From Candidatus Magasanikiibacteriota bacterium (GTDB taxonomy: Bacteria > Patescibacteriota > Patescibacteriia > Magasanikbacterales > UBA922), in assembly GCA_042218065.1 (NCBI GenBank), contig JBDGRL010000002.1, forward strand, positions 15,539 to 79,538: a stretch of DNA of 64,000 nucleotides, in the 5' to 3' direction. A model generated the notes under the pieces. That model was not told the DNA's origin and did no database searches. It saw only the letters and a program-made list of their open reading frames with translations. This document shows, piece after piece, positions 35,258 to 44,878 of the stretch; within the stretch, counting starts at the first letter, position 1, and every line of letters starts with the position of its first letter. Made by a program: the position numbers and the translations under genes.

Positions 35258-36197
35258 TGAAAAAAAACAGAAAATTTTATTTTTTTCTTTATTTTTTATT
35301 TTTATATTGGCCTCCTTCTTTTTTATAAAAAATTCCTTTGTTTTAGCAGATTCTAAATCAAAATCTGCTACCATAAAAGGGACGACAAAAAGTGGCGGCG
35401 GTGGAGGTGGTGGAGGTGGAGTAAGTAACTCTTCTCCTGATATATCTAATATTTCTACAAGCACCCGGATGAATTCAGCTACAGTTACTTGGAAAGCTAC
35501 TGATGATAATCAGGTAAAAAAATGTGATTTCAAGTACAGTTCTGGTGTAAGTTACAACAAAAGCGTGTCCGTCACAAAAAGTGGTAATACTTATACAGCT
35601 AAACCTTCAGGGTTGAGCCCCACCACTACCTATAACTTTAAGATTATATGTCATGATAATGTTCAAAGCTCTGATGAGAAAGGACAATTTACAACTCTAG
35701 CTAAAGCTATAATAGATCTTAATTTAACTGCGATTCCTGCAAAAAGGGTAAAAAAGAAAGGTGGTAATTTAGCATTAAAGTTCATATTAATCATTGTTGA
35801 TCCACAAACCAATAATGTGATGTTAAAACACAAAGGAACTACTAATTCAAAAGGTACTTACACTGCAAAAAGATTAAAAGCGGGTGCAGGATCAGCCCAT
35901 GCTTATCTGAAGGGGCGCTCTCACTTAGCAAAAAAGATTGTAGGTGTTAATATAAAAGATGGAAAAACAGTGAAATTAGACTTTTCTGCAGGAGGAAAAT
36001 CTAAGTTGATTCCCGGCGATGCGGCTGGCAAGGGTCTAAAAGACAACTTTATAGATATATTAGATTTATCAGTAGTACTAGCTAAAATGAATACTGCCGA
36101 CAAGGACACTGATTTAAATAGGGATGGTATAACTGATATTTTAGATCTTAGTATTTTATTAAATAATTTTAATAAATCTGGAGCAAAACTACCTTAA
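35250..36197 (+). CDS. Secreted FN3 + dockerin-domain protein
   Basis: Signal peptide, poly-Gly linker, FN3 (ATVTW..GLSPTTTYNF), duplicated dockerin loops DNFIDILDLS and DLNRDGITDILDLS. Confidence 0.78.
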   Translation: MTNEKKQKILFFSLFFIFILASFFFIKNSFVLADSKSKSATIKGTTKSGGGGGGGGGVSNSSPDISNISTSTRMNSATVTWKATDDNQVKKCDFKYSSGVSYNKSVSVTKSGNTYTAKPSGLSPTTTYNFKIICHDNVQSSDEKGQFTTLAKAIIDLNLTAIPAKRVKKKGGNLALKFILIIVDPQTNNVMLKHKGTTNSKGTYTAKRLKAGAGSAHAYLKGRSHLAKKIVGVNIKDGKTVKLDFSAGGKSKLIPGDAAGKGLKDNFIDILDLSVVLAKMNTADKDTDLNRDGITDILDLSILLNNFNKSGAKLP

Positions 36198-36198
36198 T

Positions 36199-39100
36199 AT
36201 GGTTTTTAAGAGTGTAGATAAAATTGTATATTCTTTAGTCTTGGCTTTATTTGTCTTGGTGTCATTAGGATATTTTTCAGTAGCGCAAGCAAAAGGTGTG
36301 TTATCTATTAACCCCAGTTCAGGTCAAGCAAAGACCAACTGCCCTTTTAATGGGGATATAAGGCTAGACACAAAAGGAAACAAAGCTGATGCCACACAGG
36401 TTTATATTGATCATGATTTTACAGGAGGACAAGAGACATTCTCTTTATCCGGTTCTCGCTTATTCAATTCTTACTCTAATATTAAAAATAAGAATTTGCC
36501 TTCGGGGGTTGAGGACGGGTTAATAGGGTATGGTGGTAAAGTCAGTGGTTCAAACTTAAAGTTTGCCAGCTTCAAATTAAAAAGCCCAAATAAAGGCAAA
36601 ACTGGACAGGTAAAAATTTACTTTAAACCAAAGAAGAATAAGACAAGTAAGGTAGCTAAGAATGGAACTAATATATTATCCAAAGTAAATAACGGAACTA
36701 TTAATGTAGTACAAGGATATTGTGAGAACAAAAAGCCAAATGTAGTAAATCTAGACCCAAAACATAGAGAACCAAACCACCCTGTGGATAAACCGATAAA
36801 ATTTGACTTAACGGATAATAGTTCTGGGGTTGATATCTCGACCCTCCAAGTGATAATTAAACACAATAATAAAACTAACAAATATAGTAATCAAGATTCG
36901 GAGGTTACAACTAACAAGATAAATAATACAGATTATTCTGTAGAAGTTGACCCTCAAAAAGACTTTACTCCTCAAGTTCGTGTGGATGTAGAGGTGCAAG
37001 TGAAAGATAAAGCAGGAAATCAAGGTAAAAGAAAGTACTATTTTAATGATTTAACTTGTAAGCAGTTGGGATGTGTGGGGGTGCAAGTGAAAACTCAGTG
37101 TAATGATGGTAAAGACAATGACGGTGACGGTAAGATAGACTTAAATGATCCGGGTTGTAGTAGTAAGTCAGATAATAATGAATATCAGGTCGGTCTTACA
37201 AAATGTAATGATGGCCGTGATAATGATGGAGATGGTTTAGTAGATTTCGCTGATCCTGGCTGTCAAAGTGAGAAAGCTCAAGTGCAACAACAAATTAAGA
37301 CGCAGACTGTAACTAACACAGTAATAAAAACAAAAACTACTACGGTACCGACAAAAGTTCCAGATAAAACTAAAACAGTAACTAAGACTGTACAAAAGGT
37401 CATAACTTCCACAGTAAGAGAGGTTGAAACAGTAACCACAACTGAAGTAGCAACAGTCACCAAAAAAATAGAAAAACCTGACTGTAATGATGGAATTGAC
37501 AATGACGGAGATAAGTTGACTGACTTTCCTGAAGACCCTGGGTGCGACAGCAAACAAGATGATAGTGAGTTCGACAAAGCTACGCAAAAAGTACTGCAGT
37601 TATCTGATGTTTCTTTTCAGATAGGAGGACTGAGTGTGGAGCCTTCAGAAGGTAGAGTGGTGGATGTACTTAGAGGGTCTAAATTAAATGTCAGTCTAAA
37701 TATCTCTAAAGTAGAAAAGACTATTGAATCGGTGGAGCTACAATTTCAGGACCAAAAGAAAGAGATGTTCTATAATAATGAAACTGGTAATTATTCAGGC
37801 GAGATTACAATAGACGAGAAAAGAGGAGTTTATAGTGGCTTTGTTAGAGCTAATTATTCAGATGGCGACTTTGATTCTGTTCCGTTTAGTGTTTTGGTGC
37901 AGCCAAGTGGAAAGATAGTAGGCAGAAATAAAGAGGGTGAGATATCTGGACTAAAAGGGGCAAATATAAAAATTCAAAAATTAGAAGACGGAGAATATAC
38001 TGAGTTTAAGCAAACAAAAACAAATAAAAATGGAATATATAGTGTCTTTGTACCGAATGGTGTTTACCGGTTGTCGATATCAAAAAAAGGTTATGAAAGT
38101 GATGTTACGGCTGGGTTCGAAGTAGAGAACAACATTATAAATAAGAAAATACAGCTGCTTGAAGATATACAACTTCTAGATCCGAATGTTTCTACCGGCA
38201 AGAAGATACAGTACATACAAGATTTATCTGTAAAGAAGACTAAAGAAGCAGGGGAGCTAGCGGACGATCCTACGGTAGAGAAGCAAACTCAGTCTTCTAT
38301 TGCCCCTGCTGCGGCAGCGGCTACAGGAGCAGCTGTAGCTCCTGCTTTAGGTCTGGTGAATCTCTTGAATTACTTGAGGTTCTTGTTCTTCCAGCCATTG
38401 CTTTTGCTGGGAAGAAGAAAGAGAGAAGATTGGGGTGTAGTGTATAATTCACTTACTCGATCAACCATTGATCTAGCTGTCGTAAGGTTGGTTGATTTTG
38501 AATCAGACGAGGTGGTGCAGTCGAGAGTGACTGATGCTGAAGGCAGATACATCTTCTTTGCAAAACCGGGCAAATATAGGATAAAAGTAGAAAAAGAACA
38601 GTTTGATTTTCCAACTGAAAATCTGTCTGATGTAGATGAAGATGGTCCATATACAGATATATACCACGGAGAACCTATAAGAGTTGAAGAAGAGGATACA
38701 GCAGTTGCTCCAAATATCCCGCTTGATCCGGTAGAAGCCGAAGAAAAAACACCTTCAAGAATTAAATGGGACAAGATTAAAAAGACTGCACAGAAATATT
38801 TGGCTAGACTTGGTATCATTGCAGGTGTAATTTCTATGATTATTAATCCAACTTGGTTAATAGGTATCCTTCTGGCTGCTCAGATTGGTATTTATTACCT
38901 ATTTAGACGACTTGGAACCACACCTGAACCTGAGAATTGGGGAATTATAAAAGAAGAAGATACCGAATCTCCTGTTGGAGAGGCTACTGTTCGACTGTTT
39001 ACTAAAGATAGGAACAAACTTGTGTCCACTCAGCAAACAGATGAAAATGGTCGCTATGCTTTCCTTGCTGGTCCAAAGGACTATTATGTGCGTGTTGATA

Positions 39101-39243
39101 AAGAGGGTTACTCACCGGAAAGTAAAGAAGTTTCTGTAGAGGAAGGAGAAGAATTTATTCAAGAGGATGTAGATCTAAAAAAGACTAAACAAGGACCAAA
39201 AACAGAAGATGATGGAGAGGATGACTTGTCATTTGCAGAGTAA
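36199..39243 (+). CDS. Large membrane-anchored surface protein: cohesin-like domain, Ca-binding Cys repeats, carboxypeptidase-regulatory-like domains
   Basis: LSINPSSG..DIRLDT N-terminus; three CNDGxDNDGD..D..DPGC repeats; Thr/Val stalk; TDAEGRY and TDENGRY repeats; TM segments. Confidence 0.75.
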   Translation: MVFKSVDKIVYSLVLALFVLVSLGYFSVAQAKGVLSINPSSGQAKTNCPFNGDIRLDTKGNKADATQVYIDHDFTGGQETFSLSGSRLFNSYSNIKNKNLPSGVEDGLIGYGGKVSGSNLKFASFKLKSPNKGKTGQVKIYFKPKKNKTSKVAKNGTNILSKVNNGTINVVQGYCENKKPNVVNLDPKHREPNHPVDKPIKFDLTDNSSGVDISTLQVIIKHNNKTNKYSNQDSEVTTNKINNTDYSVEVDPQKDFTPQVRVDVEVQVKDKAGNQGKRKYYFNDLTCKQLGCVGVQVKTQCNDGKDNDGDGKIDLNDPGCSSKSDNNEYQVGLTKCNDGRDNDGDGLVDFADPGCQSEKAQVQQQIKTQTVTNTVIKTKTTTVPTKVPDKTKTVTKTVQKVITSTVREVETVTTTEVATVTKKIEKPDCNDGIDNDGDKLTDFPEDPGCDSKQDDSEFDKATQKVLQLSDVSFQIGGLSVEPSEGRVVDVLRGSKLNVSLNISKVEKTIESVELQFQDQKKEMFYNNETGNYSGEITIDEKRGVYSGFVRANYSDGDFDSVPFSVLVQPSGKIVGRNKEGEISGLKGANIKIQKLEDGEYTEFKQTKTNKNGIYSVFVPNGVYRLSISKKGYESDVTAGFEVENNIINKKIQLLEDIQLLDPNVSTGKKIQYIQDLSVKKTKEAGELADDPTVEKQTQSSIAPAAAAATGAAVAPALGLVNLLNYLRFLFFQPLLLLGRRKREDWGVVYNSLTRSTIDLAVVRLVDFESDEVVQSRVTDAEGRYIFFAKPGKYRIKVEKEQFDFPTENLSDVDEDGPYTDIYHGEPIRVEEEDTAVAPNIPLDPVEAEEKTPSRIKWDKIKKTAQKYLARLGIIAGVISMIINPTWLIGILLAAQIGIYYLFRRLGTTPEPENWGIIKEEDTESPVGEATVRLFTKDRNKLVSTQQTDENGRYAFLAGPKDYYVRVDKEGYSPESKEVSVEEGEEFIQEDVDLKKTKQGPKTEDDGEDDLSFAE

Positions 39244-39259
39244 GATGTTTAAATTAGTT

Positions 39260-39392
39260 CTTGTGATTACTGTTGATCTTTTCATCAAATCCCAGCGTGA
39301 TTTAATGAGGTAACTCCTTTACGACTATCCGACAGATTGGCGGGATAGACCATGCTCGTAGAGGAGTTAAGCCCGATCAACAGAATCACAAG
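39260..39392 (+). ncRNA. Rod-like structured RNA (6S-like or dcd-operon leader); strand uncertain
   Basis: Closing stem CTTGTGATT-A-CTGTTGATC/GATCAACAGAATCACAAG, internal bulge with side hairpin, 13-bp stem AACTCCTTTACGA/TCGTAGAGGAGTT, apical CTATCC/GGATAG. Confidence 0.6.
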
Positions 39393-39423
39393 TAAAAAAA
39401 TATGAATAAAATAAATAATCTCA

Positions 39424-40005
39424 ATGATTTTATCTGATCGCGATATAAAAGAAGAAATGGATGAAGGTAATATTGTTATTGATCCTTTCAATGAAGAAAA
39501 TCTGCAGCCGGCATCTTATGATCTGCATTTGGACAAGCATTTTCTAGTTTTTGATGAGATTCAACATCATGTTATCGATCCTAAGCAGAATCTAGATGAT
39601 AAAATGAAAGAAGTAGAGATCGACGAAGATGATGCTTTTATCATTCATCCGAATGAGTTTGCACTGGGCATGGTCAAGGAGGTGACTGGTGTTTCTGATA
39701 AAATTGCAGGGAGGCTGGAAGGTAAAAGTTCTGTAGGCCGGCTTGGGTTGTTAATTCATGTGACGGCTGGTTTTTTAGATCCTGGAAATGAGCTGAAGTT
39801 GACTCTAGAGCTTCACAACACAGCTCCGATGCCAATTAAATTGTATTATAATATGCCGATAGCACAGATTGCCTTCGAAAAGCTTAGTGATTCTTGTTCT
39901 GACCCTTACTCAGAAGGAAGAGAGGAAGATAAATATTACGGCGATATGAAGCCCAAAGCTTCACAGATGTTTAAAAACTTTGATGAAGATCAGGGATGGG
40001 TATAA
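39424..40005 (+). CDS. dcd: dCTP deaminase
   Basis: MILSDRDI, QPASYDLHL, EGKSSVGRLGL..HVTAGFLDPG, LTLEL. Confidence 0.95.
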   Translation: MILSDRDIKEEMDEGNIVIDPFNEENLQPASYDLHLDKHFLVFDEIQHHVIDPKQNLDDKMKEVEIDEDDAFIIHPNEFALGMVKEVTGVSDKIAGRLEGKSSVGRLGLLIHVTAGFLDPGNELKLTLELHNTAPMPIKLYYNMPIAQIAFEKLSDSCSDPYSEGREEDKYYGDMKPKASQMFKNFDEDQGWV

Positions 40006-40541
40006 AACTAGGTATTGTAGGAAAAATAGGCAGTGGAAAAACTACTGCAGCTAAGTATCTACAACAGGCACATAATTTTAAAACTATTAAGTTTTCTGGA
40101 TTTGTTCGAGATATTTTAGACAGGATGCATTTACAGCAGAATCGGGATAATATGTCCAAATTATCAACTTCTCTTAGAGAAAGTTTTGGTAAGGACATAT
40201 TTAGTCGTGTGCTCATAAAAGAATCAAAAAACAAGGATAGAGTGATATTAGAAGGCGCCAGAAAACAAGAGGATTTATCCAATTTTAAAGACAGAGAAGA
40301 TTTTTATTTACTTGCCATAAGTGCCGACCAGGAAATTAGATATAATAGAGTTTCATCTCGTAATGAGAATGAAGATGATAAAGGTAAAACTTTTGAAGAA
40401 TTTAAACAAGACGAGAAAAAAGCTACTGAAACTGAAATTGCTTCTTTAATGAAACTAGCAGATTATACAATAAGCAATAATGGAACATTGGCAGAATTTC
40501 AAGAAAAATTAGATAAATTAATAGCTAAATTAAATGAATGA
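39996..40541 (+). CDS. P-loop nucleoside-monophosphate kinase-like protein
   Basis: GKIGSGKTT, EGAR, ADYTISNNGT; nucleotide-metabolism operon context. Confidence 0.75.
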   Translation: MGIKLGIVGKIGSGKTTAAKYLQQAHNFKTIKFSGFVRDILDRMHLQQNRDNMSKLSTSLRESFGKDIFSRVLIKESKNKDRVILEGARKQEDLSNFKDREDFYLLAISADQEIRYNRVSSRNENEDDKGKTFEEFKQDEKKATETEIASLMKLADYTISNNGTLAEFQEKLDKLIAKLNE

Positions 40542-41433
40542 GAAATTTAGAGAAAATAGGTATGTAGCAAGTTCGGAATCTGAATATACTGAATTAACAA
40601 GAGAAAATAGAGAAGAGCTAAAAGAAGAATTAAAAGAATCTTTGCCTGAATTAAAGAAACTTTTCTTGGAGGAACTTGAATCTTGTCCTTTTATAAGTGA
40701 TAATTTGATTGATAATATTAAAGATAGGGTTGACGAAGTAAATTTTAATCTAATTAATGAAATTCAAAAAGAACATACAGGATTGTTTAGGGGTATTTAT
40801 GATTTTATAACTGATGAAATTAAACTGAAAGAAAAGGCTAACAAAGGTACTATTATTCATGAATTACTGCACGCTGTAAGTAGTAGATTAATGAACAAAA
40901 AATCCCTAGAAGAAGGAGAGTTTAAAGTATTAGTCGGGGGTCTTAGTCCTGGAATAAAGTTAGATTTAGAAAAAGTAGATTTTGATTCAGAAGATGAAAT
41001 TAAAAATTTTTTTGAACATCCCGAATATGTAAGATGGCTAGAAGAAGGGGTTACTGATAAGTTTACCAGAGATATTTTTGGAGAAGAGGGGAGTAAAAAT
41101 TATGACCCTTATGTTTATTTACTAGAAGCTATACAAGAAGAGGCTGGAATTTCAGACGAGGAACTGGCAGAGGCATACTTTAAACCTTTTAAAAAATCTG
41201 AACAAAGTGAATATAATACAGAGGCAATTAGTAATTTCTTCAGTGCTATAAATGAGCGTTATACTTCTGGAATTATTTTTTATATACATGTAGTTTTAGG
41301 ATATGAATATACTCCTAAAGAAAGAGAAGAAATTGATAGTATTGATAAAGCGAAAGAATTTATTGAAGAAGTAGAAAAGGAATATAGTGATCGAAGTTTA
41401 ACTGATTTGGTAGAAGATTTGAAGCAACAGTGA
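40534..41433 (+). CDS. Acidic protein with zinc metallopeptidase motif
   Basis: IIHELLHA (HExxH) and downstream WLEEGVT (gluzincin-like). Confidence 0.6.
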   Translation: MNEKFRENRYVASSESEYTELTRENREELKEELKESLPELKKLFLEELESCPFISDNLIDNIKDRVDEVNFNLINEIQKEHTGLFRGIYDFITDEIKLKEKANKGTIIHELLHAVSSRLMNKKSLEEGEFKVLVGGLSPGIKLDLEKVDFDSEDEIKNFFEHPEYVRWLEEGVTDKFTRDIFGEEGSKNYDPYVYLLEAIQEEAGISDEELAEAYFKPFKKSEQSEYNTEAISNFFSAINERYTSGIIFYIHVVLGYEYTPKEREEIDSIDKAKEFIEEVEKEYSDRSLTDLVEDLKQQ

Positions 41434-41456
41434 AGCTAATTTAATAAAAGGTCTAT

Positions 41457-41882
41457 ATGAAAGTTAAAGTAAAAAAACTAAAAGGAGAAGCAAAAATTCC
41501 CAGCTTTGCGCATGAAGGTGATGCAGGAATGGATATTTATTCGACAGAGGATAAAGTAATCACCCCAAAAAACAGGGAGACGATTGAGTTGGGTTTCGCA
41601 ATGCAGTTTCCGTCAGATTACATGGTTATTTTTAAAGATAGAAGCAGTTTGGCTTCGGAGTATGGGGTTCATACTTTAGCGGGAGTTATAGACTCGGGGT
41701 ATAGAGGTGAGTATAAAGCAGTATTGGTTAATTTGGGGGATGAAAGTTTTGAGGTTGAAACAGGACAGAAAGTAGGGCAGATGTTATTTTTACCAAGACC
41801 TGAAATAGAGGTAGAACAAGTAGAAGAATTATCAGATTCTATTCGAGGAGAAGGAGGGTTTGGAAGCACAGGTAAGTTTTAA
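41457..41882 (+). CDS. dut: dUTP diphosphatase
   Basis: DAGMD, RSSLA, GVIDSGYRGE, RGEGGFGSTG. Confidence 0.97.
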   Translation: MKVKVKKLKGEAKIPSFAHEGDAGMDIYSTEDKVITPKNRETIELGFAMQFPSDYMVIFKDRSSLASEYGVHTLAGVIDSGYRGEYKAVLVNLGDESFEVETGQKVGQMLFLPRPEIEVEQVEELSDSIRGEGGFGSTGKF

Positions 41883-41891
41883 TTAAATAAT

Positions 41892-43673
41892 ATGCAAGAA
41901 TACTCAGACAAAGAGCATAAAGCTTTACTTAATTTTGTAACAAGCACGGATTCAAATATTTACGCAGTAAAGAATTTACGTCCAGAAGTTTTTGGTGCTT
42001 TTGGTTCCTTCTTTTCGCGCAGCCCGAAAGATGTACGTGATCATATATTGGATGCAGTTAAAGGTGAAATTCGAGGTTACGAGATGGAGGGTGGAGAAGA
42101 AAGATTGAATAAATTAGCTACAAGCTATGAATTTCTACAAAAAAGATCAAAACTAGACTCTGGTGAAGACAGTGGAGGTATTAAGCAAGAGTTGAAAGAT
42201 ATTTTGAATAAAAAACGAGGGGTTAGAGCTGAGCTTGAAGCTTCTATTTTTGAACCACCAATGAAGGCTTTAGAGTCTGGTTTAGAGAAATCTCAGTCTT
42301 TTTTTGAAAAGTATTATGGAACTTATGGTCACAAATCTATTGCAAATACTGTTTGGATTTCATTTGTGGCAAATGATGTCAGTCAACTTTTTGCCCGAAA
42401 ACTGGCTGATGACCAACTTGCATTTTTTATTGAACAATCCACACGTTTTGTCGAATTTGAAGATAATTATTACAAGGATCCTAGAATTATGGAAAGTGAA
42501 TATAGCGATCTCTATAATGATACCTTAGAAACTATGATTGAATACTATAACAAATTTTATGAGCTAGCTAATAATTTCTACCAAGAAAAAATACCATTTA
42601 ACGACTGGCTAGACCAACAATCAGATAGGGTTAAAGAAAAGTCTGATAGCTATCAGGAAAGAAAATATGAAAGAGAACTAAATGGAAAAGCTTTGGATAT
42701 CGCAAGATTTTTGTTGCCTCAAGCTATAAAAACTAATTTAGCGTGGATCCTAGACGCTAGAAGTACGGAGTTTGATATAGCAAGCTGGAAGGGGCACCCA
42801 TTGTCCGAGATACAAGAATCAGCTGAAAAAATAGAACAAGCTGGCGGAGAAATTGCACCTTCTTTGCTTAAATACACAGAAAAAAATGATTTTTATGAAG
42901 AAAAGTTGCATGAATATGGTGGTGATTTAGAATTAGACTTGGAAGATAAAGAGATTGAAAAAGGGGTAGAAATTGTATCTACTCCCGAAGACTGCTTTGA
43001 GAAAGTGGTAGCACACATCTTAAAGCAAAATAATATAGGTAAATTTAGTCAGTTTTTCCAAAAAGCGAAAAATATGACTTATGATGAAAAGCTAGATATT
43101 TTAGAGCGTACAGTAAAAAATAGAGGTGAATACGATGAGTGGGTGGGAGCAAATGAGGAGATAGATTTAGAAAAAATCGTGGTAGAGATTAAAACTGATG
43201 TGGGAGCACTGAGGGATATTAGAAGACATCAAAAAAATGATAGAGGAGAGCATAGATATTCGCTAGATATGGGGTATTATCGTCCTGATGTAGTTGATAA
43301 AATGAACAAAGAAGCCCAAAATTTATTCGATAAAACTATGGATATTGCACATGAAGCTGAGAAAGAAATTAGAAAAGACTTCCCTTTTGCGGTTCAGTAC
43401 TTGATTCCTATGGCATCCATGACAACTATTACTATGAGTATGGGGTTCGATCAGTTGCAATACTTTATCTACACTAGGTCAACTCCAGAAGGTAATTTTT
43501 CTTATCGAGAAGATACATTTAATTTAACAGAAGCATTAGTAAAGAAATTTCCTTGGTTGTTGGGAATGAAAGAATACCCTGAAGATAAGGACATCAAAGA
43601 AGTTTATGATAATTGTAGTTGGCAAGATTTGTTTATCTCTTTAAGTACTGACGAGACTGGTTTACATACTTAA
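41892..43673 (+). CDS. thyX: Tandem-domain FAD-dependent thymidylate synthase
   Basis: FSRS, YGHKSIA, EQSTRF, ARFLLP, RDIRRHQ, YTRS..GNFSYR; sits between dut and tmk. Confidence 0.82.
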   Translation: MQEYSDKEHKALLNFVTSTDSNIYAVKNLRPEVFGAFGSFFSRSPKDVRDHILDAVKGEIRGYEMEGGEERLNKLATSYEFLQKRSKLDSGEDSGGIKQELKDILNKKRGVRAELEASIFEPPMKALESGLEKSQSFFEKYYGTYGHKSIANTVWISFVANDVSQLFARKLADDQLAFFIEQSTRFVEFEDNYYKDPRIMESEYSDLYNDTLETMIEYYNKFYELANNFYQEKIPFNDWLDQQSDRVKEKSDSYQERKYERELNGKALDIARFLLPQAIKTNLAWILDARSTEFDIASWKGHPLSEIQESAEKIEQAGGEIAPSLLKYTEKNDFYEEKLHEYGGDLELDLEDKEIEKGVEIVSTPEDCFEKVVAHILKQNNIGKFSQFFQKAKNMTYDEKLDILERTVKNRGEYDEWVGANEEIDLEKIVVEIKTDVGALRDIRRHQKNDRGEHRYSLDMGYYRPDVVDKMNKEAQNLFDKTMDIAHEAEKEIRKDFPFAVQYLIPMASMTTITMSMGFDQLQYFIYTRSTPEGNFSYREDTFNLTEALVKKFPWLLGMKEYPEDKDIKEVYDNCSWQDLFISLSTDETGLHT

Positions 43674-43683
43674 AAATAATTTA

Positions 43684-44157
43684 ATGATAGCCCACATAGC
43701 AGCAATCTCAAAAAACAATTGTATCGGCAAAGATGGTGATTTACCTTGGTATATACCAGAAGATATGAAGCATTTTAAGCGCTTAACTCAAGGTAAAACA
43801 GTTTTGATGGGCAGAAAAACTTGGGAGTCAGTTCCAGAGGAATATAGACCTTTGCCTAACAGAAAAAATTTAGTTCTTACCAATCAAGGTGATTATAAAG
43901 TACCCGATGAAGTAAAGGTTTATGATAATATCCCCCAAGCATTAAAAGATCATAAAGAAGATGAAGTTATGGTAATAGGAGGTGAATCTGTATATAAAGC
44001 CACTATGGATAAAGCAGAGAGGTTATATATAACACATGTAGAACAAGAAGTTGATGACTGTGATGCATACTATCCTAAAATTAGAGGAGATGAGTGGCAA
44101 GAGATTAAAAGACAAGAGCATGATGGTTTTTCTTTTGTCACTTATAGGAGGCTATGA
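43684..44157 (+). CDS. folA: Dihydrofolate reductase
   Basis: IGKDGDLPW.IPEDMKHFK, MGRKTWES, PLPNRKN, IGG. Confidence 0.97.
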   Translation: MIAHIAAISKNNCIGKDGDLPWYIPEDMKHFKRLTQGKTVLMGRKTWESVPEEYRPLPNRKNLVLTNQGDYKVPDEVKVYDNIPQALKDHKEDEVMVIGGESVYKATMDKAERLYITHVEQEVDDCDAYYPKIRGDEWQEIKRQEHDGFSFVTYRRL

Positions 44158-44873
44158 AAAAAGGTGAGTTTATAATGGTTGATGGAGTTGATGGTGCAGG
44201 CAAGACTACAATAATAAATACTTGGAAAAAATTTTTGAGACAGAATAATCGGAAAATATTTGGTATAAGGGAATATTGGCAACAAAACCAGAATCATCCG
44301 GAGTTTGAACAGCTTAAAGATTATGATTTCATCTTTTCAGCTGAGCCAACTTCTGTTTGGACAGGAGCGGCACTGCGCAAAGAAATGATTAAACAAGATT
44401 CAGATTATTCAGGTAAGGCAATAGCCGAAGCTTTTAGTTTAGACCGGCTTGTACTATATAAGCGCTTACTTTTAAAGTTATTAAATGAAGATGTGAGTAT
44501 AATTCAAGATCGAGGGATCAGCACTTCTTTATGTTATCAGCCGCTACAATCTACTGAGTTGACGAGAGAAAAAGTAGCTAATCTGGAAGGAAATGCGTTT
44601 GCTTTGAAGAATAACCCAGAATATTTAATTTTGGCGGATCTACCGATTGAAGATGCGCTAGAACGTCTAGATTTACGTCAGCAACAAGATGATTCTGTGT
44701 TTGAGAAAAGGAAATTTTTAAACAGGGCTCGAGAAACTTTTTTATCGAAAGAATATCAAGATTATTTTATAAAGCAAGGTACGGAGATAAAAAAATTGGA
44801 CACCTCTGTAAACATTGATATAATGAAAGAGAAATCTGTCAGTTTACTGCAAAATATATTAAATATTAACTAA
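44154..44873 (+). CDS. tmk: Thymidylate kinase
   Basis: DGVDGAGKTT, EP, DR, QDRGISTSLCYQ. Confidence 0.88.
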   Translation: MKKGEFIMVDGVDGAGKTTIINTWKKFLRQNNRKIFGIREYWQQNQNHPEFEQLKDYDFIFSAEPTSVWTGAALRKEMIKQDSDYSGKAIAEAFSLDRLVLYKRLLLKLLNEDVSIIQDRGISTSLCYQPLQSTELTREKVANLEGNAFALKNNPEYLILADLPIEDALERLDLRQQQDDSVFEKRKFLNRARETFLSKEYQDYFIKQGTEIKKLDTSVNIDIMKEKSVSLLQNILNIN

Positions 44874-44878
44874 TTTTC

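Noticed and set aside
35392-35420. GGT/GGC repeat as a contingency locus
   Set aside because: Mixed codons encoding an in-frame poly-Gly linker
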